NCBI GenBank assembly: GCA_021613535.1
Contig: CP075495.1
Coordinates: 8,370,001-8,434,000 of the forward strand
From: Adineta vaga
Taxonomy: Eukaryota > Animalia > Rotifera
Length of the DNA stretch: 64,000 nt
Direction: 5' to 3'
Shown here piece after piece: positions 29,249 to 39,745 of the stretch. A program made the translations under genes and the position numbers. The notes beneath the pieces are model-generated. The model made no database searches. It saw only the letters and a program-made list of their open reading frames with translations, and was not told where the DNA came from. Position 1 is the first letter of the stretch. Each line of letters opens with the position of its first letter.

Positions 29249-29929
29249 ACGTTAAAGTATTATTCTTATTCTTGTGAACGTCGATTGAGATATATATATA
29301 TATATATGGAAAATAAAGCAAGAAAACAATAAAAGCTATAACTGGACTAGAAACACAAAGAAAAAACGAATATAAACAAACCAGACGAAATAGGTGAACG
29401 ATAATAAAATGAACTATTTGTACAGTTTTGTCCAAAGAAAATTCTTACAGAAAGAAAGATCTACAAATCGATCCATATGTTCTGAACTATGTTCAACGAA
29501 TAATCTGCGTTTTCTTTTGTTCTCAGAAGGAGAAGAGAAGTACGAGGAGATTTATCCGTGAACAATATTGTTGAACAAATCTTTATTCTAATGAAAATAC
29601 TACACTAAACGAATATTTCATTCGAATGAAATAGTGATTGATCAAATACATCTCTTTTTGAAAACAAGGTATTTCATAATGAAAATAAAATTAAACTAAA
29701 TAGTAACTAAATTATAATACTCTTCAACACAATCCATTTCAATTAATATTTTATTAATTAAGAAAAATATGAAGAAGTGATAGTCAATATGAGTGTCCTC
29801 GTTCCTATTGTTATTTGCTTGGTAACAGATGACAAAACGAAAGGAATGTTGTACATGTACATGATATTAATGATTAATTTTAATATACATATTCGAAATA
29901 AAAATATAATTGTTATTTGTTTAACCATA

Positions 29930-30627
29930 AGATAAGACACGCCGATCACCATATATTTATCCATTCTGTGGAATATTTTATTTAACTAGTCATCCAGCAT
30001 TATGGAGACATTTAGTTTGTGGTAAAATCATAATGATATTAACATCAATAATTATATCAGTATTGATATTTGTATTCATATTTCCATCACAAGCATATGT
30101 ATTTGAAGAATATATGACTGATTGTTTATCATGGTTAATAAGTTTTTTTGTGTCACATTATTTGAAATAGGTGTATCAATTCTTGTTATTTCTTGCATGT
30201 TATATAGATATTATTTGATTCAGTGTGAAGACAAGAACCAATGGGATTAAATGAAGGTGAAACACAACGACGGTCCACAGCAACTTATACATGTATTGAA
30301 TTATTTTTTTTAATATTAGTTTTATTTCATGTAGCACTTCTTGTTATCACATCACCATTAAATTTAATTCCAATTCTTGGAACTATCCTTTATATTTATA
30401 TCCATGAATATTATTATGCACGGTCATTACATTGTCGATACTTTCATTCACTTGGTTTAACATTTTTACAAGAAAGACATTTTGTTGAAGAAAATCGAAA
30501 TTATTATACACAATTTGGTATTGTTGGAATTCTCTTCGAAATACTTCCATTTCTTAATTTAATAACACCTATAACAAATATTATTGGAAGTGTATTATGG
30601 GCTTGTGATATTGAAAGATATAAATAA
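29930..30627 (+). pseudogene. EI24/CysZ-domain membrane protein of fungal RRT8/LDS type, decayed, intronless
   Basis: YIYPFCGIFYLTSHPALW, then a frameshift, LFDSV*RQE, then LHCRYF..LGLTF...FVEENRNYYTQFG...ILPFLN...TNIIGSVLWACDIE. No intact start codon seen. Confidence 0.7.
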
Positions 30628-30679
30628 ACAAAGAGAAGAAGAAGAATAGTCACCGGATAAAGTGAATAAGATATTTAAA

Positions 30680-31920
30680 ATTGATGAGAATCATCAAAAT
30701 TTGTTCGTTAAAATCTAACATTAGTTCAATATCTAAATCAAATGTTGAAGTTGTATTTAATTATGATTGTTCAATGGTCGATGGTGGTGGTGTTGAATGA
30801 ATTTTTTTTCTCTTGGATTTATTAATTTACTTTTATCTATTCGATGAAGCATTATTGTAAAAACCATTCGACGAAATAATGGATTTGAACGATCAATTGT
30901 TCACTTAGTTTTGATGATATCATATCATAATCAATTATTGAATAAGTTTCATTGAAATTTATTTGCGATTTTGTTGTTGATGAACAGCTTTGATCCACTA
31001 AATAATTTAAACAGAAATTTTATTCAATTTTTTTAGTTGTTCATTCTTGTTTTCATACGACAAGGTTACATCATGCATACTATCAAAATGATCTGATTTA
31101 TCTTATCATTATATTATTAATTACATACTTTGGGTGGCTTTTTATTCAAGATTAGTATTAAAGTTCATTATATATAAAAATGGTCGTCATTGAAATATAA
31201 ACCAAAACAAATCACACTGATTTATTAGACGAAGGAGTGACGTCATATTTATGGTTATCATATCCATAGTATCTTGATGAATTTCTCAATCCATACGGTT
31301 TAAGATTAAGACTCTTTGTAAAACGTCTTTTATTATATCTATGTTCAATAAGTACACGAATAAAAGAATTCACGTGTTTTCAAGTGGCATGTGAATTGGG
31401 TAATGATGAATCATATCCAATTAGATAACATCAATAAACTTTCTCGTAGTGATCAAACACCATTTGATCTATTTTTATCGTGTTATGTATTTACAACGAA
31501 TAATTTATATACGAACGATGAACCATTACAAAACTTTTCCTCTTTATTTTGTTTATTTGTATCATATGGGGCCAAATTACATCATTTAACTAAAGCTTAT
31601 CGACGAACAGTGATTGGCCTTATCTTATAGAATCGAATGACGATAGAACAATGAAACAACGTCAAATTATACTTCGGCAACTCTATGAATTATTTCTTTT
31701 TACTTATTATAAATCGAAAAATTGTCAAACAATGAATAAGAAATTATTAACAAGATGTTGTTTAGCTAGTGAAAAAAGATTGAAAATGAAGCGTATCTTA
31801 TGGTTATTTATTCAAAATTTTCTTGAACCGAAAAAACAAGCTGGATCATTGAAATCAATCTGTCCAACAAGGATTCTATTAAATATCGATTCAATCGTGA
31901 TGAAAACAAACAAATTTGGA
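30680..31920 (+). pseudogene. Heavily decayed ankyrin/SOCS-box-like gene, 3' fragment
   Basis: Fragments NINKLSRSDQTPFDLFL...LFVSYGAKL (ankyrin-like) and GSLKSICPTRILLNI (BC/SOCS-box-like); many stops and frameshifts. Confidence 0.45.
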
Positions 31921-32035
31921 ATATATCTTTTATTTTGTTTTAAAAACGGAAAATATAATCGAAAAAAACGAATATTCGAAATAAAAAAAAAGTATGCAAA
32001 AAACGAATAAAACTCTCAGTTTAATGTACATTCAT

Positions 32036-35000
32036 TTATGATGAACGAGGTGCCCATGATCCGAAAACTTTTGGTGGTGTTGCTTCTATGAAGATCAAAT
32101 AGAAATTTTTAAATTATGATTATCAAAAAAACCTACGAAATGTTTTTCGTTGTTCTGTGATGGGTTGTTGACTAAATTGGTTATTGTTATTGAATTGAGT
32201 ATGGTCAACTGTTTGAAATGATGTTTGTCCAGGGAAATTTTGGGCTACAAGTCCTGAACAAGAAAAGATATCACACACCGATTTTACATAGTTTTACAAT
32301 ACCTTGGTTAACACCTTTATTGGTTGATGGTATGGTTGTTGCTGTTGTTTCAAAATTATTACCAACTATTTGTCCTAAGGAAATAATAATTGAGAGATAG
32401 ACGGTAAGAGATTGTGTATATTTACCGTTTTGTGGTCGAAATTGAGTTTGAGTAGATAGAGGTGCACGATCGGTAAAATCTTGAGTTGATTGAAGTTTTG
32501 GATCAGAAGAATCAATGAATTTAGCGTCTTTAAATGGGAAATAGTTTGTTTCATTTTAAAAGCTACATGTAGAAGTTTACCTAAAACTCGATGATTTGGC
32601 CATGTTCGTGATTGTCCGAAAGTATTAGAAGTTGATGTTTCTAAAATAACAAGTAGGTGTCGATCAAATAAACATCTAGTTTCAATACGAAACCTTTTTG
32701 TTGTTGTTGTTGAGGAAATGCAAACTGTGTATTTTGTGTTTGAAACGAAGTATCGGTGTTCAATGATTGTTGATCTAAATATTATAATGAGATAAGTGAT
32801 TGGAATTGAGATGTATTCATTTACCTTGTGATAAGCGAGATTGAGATGAAAATGTTTTCTCTTGTTTTGGTGTTTCTATATTCAAAACAAAATAGATCTA
32901 TAGTAATATCGAAGAGAAAAAGCTTACCTGACCATTGTGTTGGTTTGAAAGCAAATACTTGACTTGTTTGAGTTTTCACTGGTTGTTCTATAAAAAATTC
33001 TTTGATTAAAAAAGATAAACATTTCAATCAATGGATTACTTGTGAATTTATTTTCCCATGATTGTTCTTGTTCTTGAAAGTTTTGTAAAGGAACAACTTT
33101 TTGTGGTCGTGTTGTTGTTTCAACGAATTTGCCTTGATTTTGACCTAAAATTAGTTCAAAGAATCGTTAAAATAATGTTTTAGAAAAATAAAACCAAACT
33201 TTACTTTGGAATCGATTTTGCCATGGTTGTTCTTGACCTTGAAAGCTTTGTGAGGGAACAACCTTTTGTGATTTCATCACTGTATCGACAACAGTTGGTT
33301 GGTTTTGAGCTAAAGGAAAAGGTTAATTTAACGTTTTGGTAAAGTAAAGCCAAATTTTACTTTGAAATCGATTTTCCCATGATTGTTCTTGATCTTGAAA
33401 ATCTTGTGAAAGAATGACCTTTTGTGGTTTCGCTCCTGTTTCAACCAATGTTTCTTGATTTTGAGCTAAAATCAGTTGTAAAACGTGACTGCATTCACTG
33501 TTGAATATTAAAGCTTACTTTGAAATTGTTGTGGATTTCCTAAGGTTTGTTTTTCTATGCATCATATAAAAAATACTTCAAATCAAGGAAGAAAGAAGTA
33601 AAAAAATTTACCTTGCCAAGTTTGTGGTTGTGTAGTAAATCGTTGATTAGTTTTTTGAAATCCTATTTTCAAAACAAAAAGAATTTAACAAAATTTCATC
33701 AGAAATATTTCTACCGGTATTGAAACGATTTCCATTATCAATAGATGTGACTTCGCGAAGATTTGATCCTGCTTGTTCTTCAGTTTGGAATAGCTGATTA
33801 TCTGATTCTGATAGAAGAAAGAATAGTAACGCATGGTTTTATTAGAGAGATTATACTTTGCCATGTTTGTGGTTGTGTAGCCATATTATTTGATCGTTGT
33901 TGCCACGATTGTTCTTGATCTTGAAAATTTTTATTCCGAAAATCTAAAGACAAATATTTGATGATCATGAGATCAAGCTAAAGGATCAAGACAAACCTTG
34001 TAAACGGATCATATTTTGTGTTGGTTTATCTGTTTCAATCATTTTTTTTTCGGAAAAGTCTAAACAAATCAGATAGAATGAAAATTTAACAGAAGAATTA
34101 TGAATTAACAATGGTACCTTGTGTTTGTGGTCGATTTTGAAAAGCTAATAGATTAAAATACAAAAATCATTAATGATAGTACCAAGAAAACCTTTACTTT
34201 GTGATGTTTGTGCGAATTGATTTGGTCTGATTTGCCGGGTTTGTTCATGTTCAAAGGAATTTTGCTTTTGAAATCCTAAATGTTTAAGAAAAAAAAGTGA
34301 AGAAGAAATGAATAAAATGAGCGACAAACCTTGTAAATTGTGTGTGTTTTGAGGAGTTTTTGAGAAACTACGGAATGCATTTTGATTGTCTTCTAAGAAT
34401 ATTCATTCTGTTAGATTACAATGTTCGATTTCCAAAAAGAAATATACCTGGAAAGTGTTCTTGATTTTGAACAGTTTGTGAGGCTATGATTTTAATGAAA
34501 TTAATAGAAATATAGATGAGAAACACAAATACTTACTTCGTTGCAATTGTGGTTGTACAGCAAAACGTTGATTATTTTGTGTATTACCATCTTGTAATTG
34601 ATCTAATATCAAATATTTCTCATATTATATAACTCAATTTAAATCATTATTTACCTATCCATTGTTTTGTACCAAAAGCTTGATTTTTTTGTTGAAAATC
34701 TATAAGAAGATAAGTTACATTATTGATTAATGAATAAAGAAAAGACATACTTTGTTGTGGTTGATTTTCATGTTCATGTTCAGATTCTGATTCATCCATA
34801 TTCGATTGAAGAAATGATCGTTCTGTAGAAGATGGTGTCCATTTCTGTTGAGCTACAAAGAAGAAAATAAGTGCATTGTTTCACTGAACATCTATATCAT
34901 ATCTAGTAAATTGCATAGAATCAACTGTATGTATCGCGTCAAAGGAATGATTTATCATGCAAGTTAATATCAATACATACTGTTTTGCTTTGTAAATTGA

Positions 35001-36715
35001 GTTTGGTCGGATTGTCTGTGACCATTGTTAGTTGGTACAACTGAAATATTGAAAATAGTAGATTTTTTCTTGGATTAAGATGAAAGAAAGGTTTACATTG
35101 CCATTTTTTAGGTACAGTTAATGAATCTTGACGGATTTGATTGCTATCGGTGATGGATGGTAATTGAGCTAAGCAAATAAGAATCAATTTAGACATTCAA
35201 TCACTTGCTAAGAATAATGAAAATTTACTTATGAATTCTTGATTTTTTTGTTCTTTTTCATGTAAATTTTGATTTGAAACTCCTAGATAATCAAAACTAA
35301 TGAATGATATTTTCTAGAAGATTTGTTACCTTGTTGATTATTCATATTTGCTAATAATTGTTGTCGATTTGCTACACGAGCTGGAACAAAACTAAGAAAA
35401 CCATCTTTATCTTGTTTATTATCTTGAGTCAATGGTCTAAAATCATAAATAATGAAAAATCTTTCTTGAACAATTTATTTTTATATACTTTTCTCGTTCG
35501 ATTTGCATGCGTGTTTTTACAACCATTTCTTCCTTGTCACTGTTGTCAACGGTCTGTTCTTGATTTGAATTTTTAGTATTATCTGATGATACTTTTGTCA
35601 AAAAAGCCGGTAAATCGATTTTTGCTGGTCGTTTACGATCACAAATTTTCTCTTCTTGACTCCAATAGAGTAATGGACCACATGGTTGAAAATAGATCAA
35701 TTCACCATCACATTGAATATATGCATGTTGACTGAATGCAAACGGATAAAATTGTTCAGTTGTTGTTAAACATGGATTTGGCACAGCTATTTAAAAAAAA
35801 GTTTTTTCGATATATGCATGAATTTGTTTTCTGTAAAAAAACCAACCTTCTCGACAATTGAGACCATAACCTTTCAATGTATGACATACACAAACATAAT
35901 CTTGTTCATAATCATTTGTTGCCAATGGTCGACATTCAGCATTTGGACCGCAAGGTTTGTTCACACAGGAATTCATTGGTGTTTCACATCGATCACCAGT
36001 CCAATCTGGACGACAAGTACATTTAAATGTTGAATTTGATAATACGGAACAAACACCCTCATTTAAACATGGTTTAAGTGTTTCACATCTATTTACTAAT
36101 GGTATAGTAGCAGAAACATCACATGCATTGGTTTGTTCATTAAATTCAACACCATCTGGACATGTTAAGATTTCATAATGAAATTCATCGCGACAGAAAA
36201 TATATTTCGTTTTATCTTTGGAATAAGCAATTTTTGATGATGGTTGAGAACCACCACAGGGTGATGGTACTACAAAGAAATCACTTAGTAATTATTTAGA
36301 AAAACAAATTCGATACTAACATGGTTGAACATTTGATGTATCAGCGGATTTTTGGTTTGATCGTGGAATTTCGCTAAAAATCAAAAAAATATATGAAGTA
36401 AATTTATCAAGTTAGTATATACCTATTATCTGATGCTATTAATTCTTCGGTTTTGCCGTCTTCCAAAATCCGAAGTTTACCGAAAGGATAACCTTTTTCT
36501 ATGTTATCTGCATTGTTATCATCTATGAACATAAAGGCAAAGGTTATATTCATAAGAAACTTGTTAAATAATACGAACTATTATCATTGGTTTGTCCATG
36601 CACACCAAAGGCAATAAGTAGAACTAAGATAAAACTTAGTGAACGCTATAAAATGTAACCATAAAGTTTTGAAATAAAAACATTCTATAGGGAAAAATGT
36701 CATTTAACTAACCAT
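32036..36715 (-). CDS. Secreted protein: signal peptide, chitin-binding type 2 (CBM14)-like domain, 2 EGF domains, second CBM14-like domain, then a long Q/N/F/T-rich tail; about 34 exons
   Basis: Coding part of exon 1 is ATG only, giving MRSLSFILVLLIAFGVHG. Domains: KYIFC...TCPDGVEFNEQTNACD; PCLNEGVC...FKCTCRPDWTGDRCE; AYIQC...QPCGPLLYWSQEEKICD. A chain of phase-1 exons runs to ...GSWAPRSS*. Confidence 0.85.
33040..33465 (-). repeat. Three tandemly duplicated 105-nt exons
   Basis: 33465-33361, 33309-33205 and 33144-33040 each encode QNQxxxV(E/D)TxxxxQKVxxxQxFQxQEQxWxNxF. Confidence 0.85.
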
Positions 36716-37897
36716 TCGTATAATCACGCAAAAGATTGTTTGTTAAGATCAAAACAAGATAGTCTTCGAATAGTCGATAAAATGAACACGAAACTAGTCG
36801 AATCATTCTTCTTATAGTTTCGAAGAACAGAGACTATAGATGAAGAAAGAACTACCTCGATTGTTATTGTTCACAATGATTCTAATATATTCATTTCATA
36901 CGAACACATAACAAATGACATATAGATTTCTAGAACATCATCTCGTCTGAACAGAAAAAGAAAATCAAATGTTATATTGGTGTACTGTCAGAGGAGTGAA
37001 ATATCGTTTCTTTCGTGAAATTAATAGTAAATGCACTTCTCACCAGTGACACCTATATATCGTTGACTATAGAAACTAGTAGATTTTAGAAAAACTTTTA
37101 TGAAACGGATTGTTGTTATACATACATATGATTTCATTGTAATATTTAACAAATATACAATTATTTCGTGTGAAAATAGTATATAAAAATATCTATTATG
37201 AAAGAAATAGCGATACAGTACTGCAAGTGAATGAAATGATCTAAATATATGGAAATGTAATGGAAATCAACTTGGGAATTTTCAACATTGATCTAACCTG
37301 ACTGATGGTATATGACTTGTGTTGTTGTATTCTTTGTGGAGGTTGTGGGTGGGTAAGGGTGAGGATGACAATAAGAAGAACACCCTCACCCTCAAACTGT
37401 ACGTACTACTAGATGATACCACCATTCAGGGGTCCCTTAATATTGTTAAAGTACTTGTGAAAATTTTACACGAACACAATTTTTGTCAATTGTCGAAAGT
37501 CAACACGGCGAAATTCTTGTTTTCCGAACAGATAACGACGAATAATTAAATGATTAATCTTTCGTCTGATATTCTTTTTTTCTTTTTTTCTCCTTTCAAG
37601 CAATAGTACTTCATTCTGATTCATCTTTTCATATGTATACATATACGATTTATGTTGATTTTTGACATATGAAACTATTTCACGCGTGTATAGAAATATG
37701 TCATCAATAACTTTTCTGCTCGTCTTCATTCTAAACATGATTTTAAAGACCTTGTCCCTATGTATCGTTCGATTTTCATTTCGAATAATTATGCAGTCAA
37801 CCGGAACATTAACTCTTCTTTTTCTTCTTTTCTGTTCAATCGTATTTTATATCTATAACAAACATTAACTAACCGATATTAAATACACAAAACTCCA

Positions 37898-38704
37898 ATG
37901 ATCTATACAATTGAAAATGTTTATATTCAACCTGTCAATCATAATATCTTATTTAATACGATAACAGCACCACAACCACCTATCATTTATCTACCAACAT
38001 CTGTTACATCTTATACATATTCTCAACCGATTCAAACTCAATATATTTATCCAATTCATACAATAAATCAGCAAACAAATGAATTTAAAAAAGTTTCTCA
38101 AGATTTTGTACAAAAAGAAAGAGCTAAAACTCCGGTTAAACGACCTCCGACACCATTATCCTCTGATGAACAATTGAATTTAAATCTTTCACGTTATGGT
38201 TATCGACGACAGTTAGTCAATGGAGATGGAAACTGTTTTTTTACTGCTATCGCTAGTCAATTAATAACATTATACAATCAAGATCGATATTTTCGTATAG
38301 CTATAAAACAACGTTTAAATCTTCCGGAGAATTTATTTACCAATATAACACAGTTAGCTCGAACATTAAGAAAATTAGTTTGTTTAGAATGGAAAATTAA
38401 TGATACAAAATATAAACCATATATCAATGATGTGAATTATTATGATGAAATACGAAAATTTCGTTCGGATAAATTTTATTCATCCATTCTAGGTGATATT
38501 TTACCATTAACAATCAGTAATTTAATAGGAGTACATATTAAAATAATTACCAATCTTAGTCAATGTCCATTGATTGATGTTTGTCCACAAGATGAACCAT
38601 TATTATCAATGAAATCGATGCCGATATTGACATTAGCATACAATCAAGAAAATGATGGACATTATGATATTGCTTTGGAAAAAAGAGACAAAGAAAGATT
38701 TTGA
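37898..38704 (+). CDS. OTU-domain cysteine protease (deubiquitinase-like), intronless
   Basis: Cys box VNGDGNCFFTAIASQL and His box GHYD; P/Q/Y/T-rich N-terminus. Confidence 0.85.
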   Translation: MIYTIENVYIQPVNHNILFNTITAPQPPIIYLPTSVTSYTYSQPIQTQYIYPIHTINQQTNEFKKVSQDFVQKERAKTPVKRPPTPLSSDEQLNLNLSRYGYRRQLVNGDGNCFFTAIASQLITLYNQDRYFRIAIKQRLNLPENLFTNITQLARTLRKLVCLEWKINDTKYKPYINDVNYYDEIRKFRSDKFYSSILGDILPLTISNLIGVHIKIITNLSQCPLIDVCPQDEPLLSMKSMPILTLAYNQENDGHYDIALEKRDKERF

Positions 38705-39364
38705 TGATCAATTTCAGTATGTGAGATATGAATAAAAGCAAAACATTTATTTCATTTCCTTGCAGAAAATGAGAAAAGTATAGATATAAATTACACGGTT
38801 CTAATAATCAATAGTTATTCAAAATGTGTTCTATATCATTTTTGATAATATCGAGACAGAAAAGGTCAACAGAATTCGTTTTCTATATTTCTTTTTATAA
38901 ATCAATAATGGTTGCTTCTTTAACCTTATTTTATAAATAACAACCACAGTCATTACGCCATAACATCAGAATATGTATTGATTCAAAGAAAAAAACATAT
39001 TTCCTGTGAAAATCATTGTTGGTGAAATTCGTAAAACTGCTTCAATCTTAACAATTACTGATACGATATTATGCAAACAATCTAGAATATTATTTCTAGG
39101 TACTTTCATGTTATCGGTAGAAGTTATTTTTGTAGTGATAAACATTTTGTAAATATAATTCCTTGCATGCTAAGCAAAAGTTTATTTTGATCCAAAATAT
39201 AATAGATTACCTTTCGATATATGTAAAATATCACAGTTTTTGAATTACGAACAATTATAAAATGTCTGGCAGAATCACATGTGCGAGAAAGAGAAAGGAA
39301 AGATTGATGTCTATATATAAATCATGAATCTGAATTGATTGATTCAGTTTTAGTGAAGAACAAT

Positions 39365-39640
39365 ATGGGTGCTGAATATAGTCATCAAGGGAAAAATACT
39401 GCTGTCGGAAGACATCTCATATATGAAACGTATGGCGGACGAGGAAAAAGTCGATCTACTGAACGTTGTTGGAAATGTGGTGGTCATGGAAGACTTTATG
39501 TTGAATATGAATGTAATTCATGTCGTTTAGAAGAACGAACAACGTGGTCAAATTATACACGAAGTTGTTCATGCAATGGCTATGGTCGCCAAACATCGAC
39601 TGAAATTTGTGATGATTGTCGTGGCCGTGGTTGTCAATAG
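39365..39640 (+). CDS. Small stand-alone DnaJ-type (CxxCxGxG) zinc-finger protein, 91 aa
   Basis: CWKCGGHG, CNSC, CSCNGYG and CDDCRGRG; TATA-like TATATAAA about 50 bp upstream; no J domain. Confidence 0.75.
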   Translation: MGAEYSHQGKNTAVGRHLIYETYGGRGKSRSTERCWKCGGHGRLYVEYECNSCRLEERTTWSNYTRSCSCNGYGRQTSTEICDDCRGRGCQ

Positions 39641-39745
39641 GAAGAAAAGGAAAAGAAACTATTATTTTTGGGAATATTTCTTCTTGTTCGTTTTTATTTT
39701 ACTAACTGAAGAATAAAACAAAAGAAATGCTTTGTGTAGAAACAA

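Noticed and set aside
29027-29435. Three overlapping short ORFs
   Set aside because: They arise from the stop-poor GC-rich repeat element and have no protein-like features.
33040-34700. Regularly spaced short similar units suggesting a CRISPR-like array
   Set aside because: The units are exons bounded by GT-AG with no invariant repeat; context is eukaryotic and no cas genes are present.
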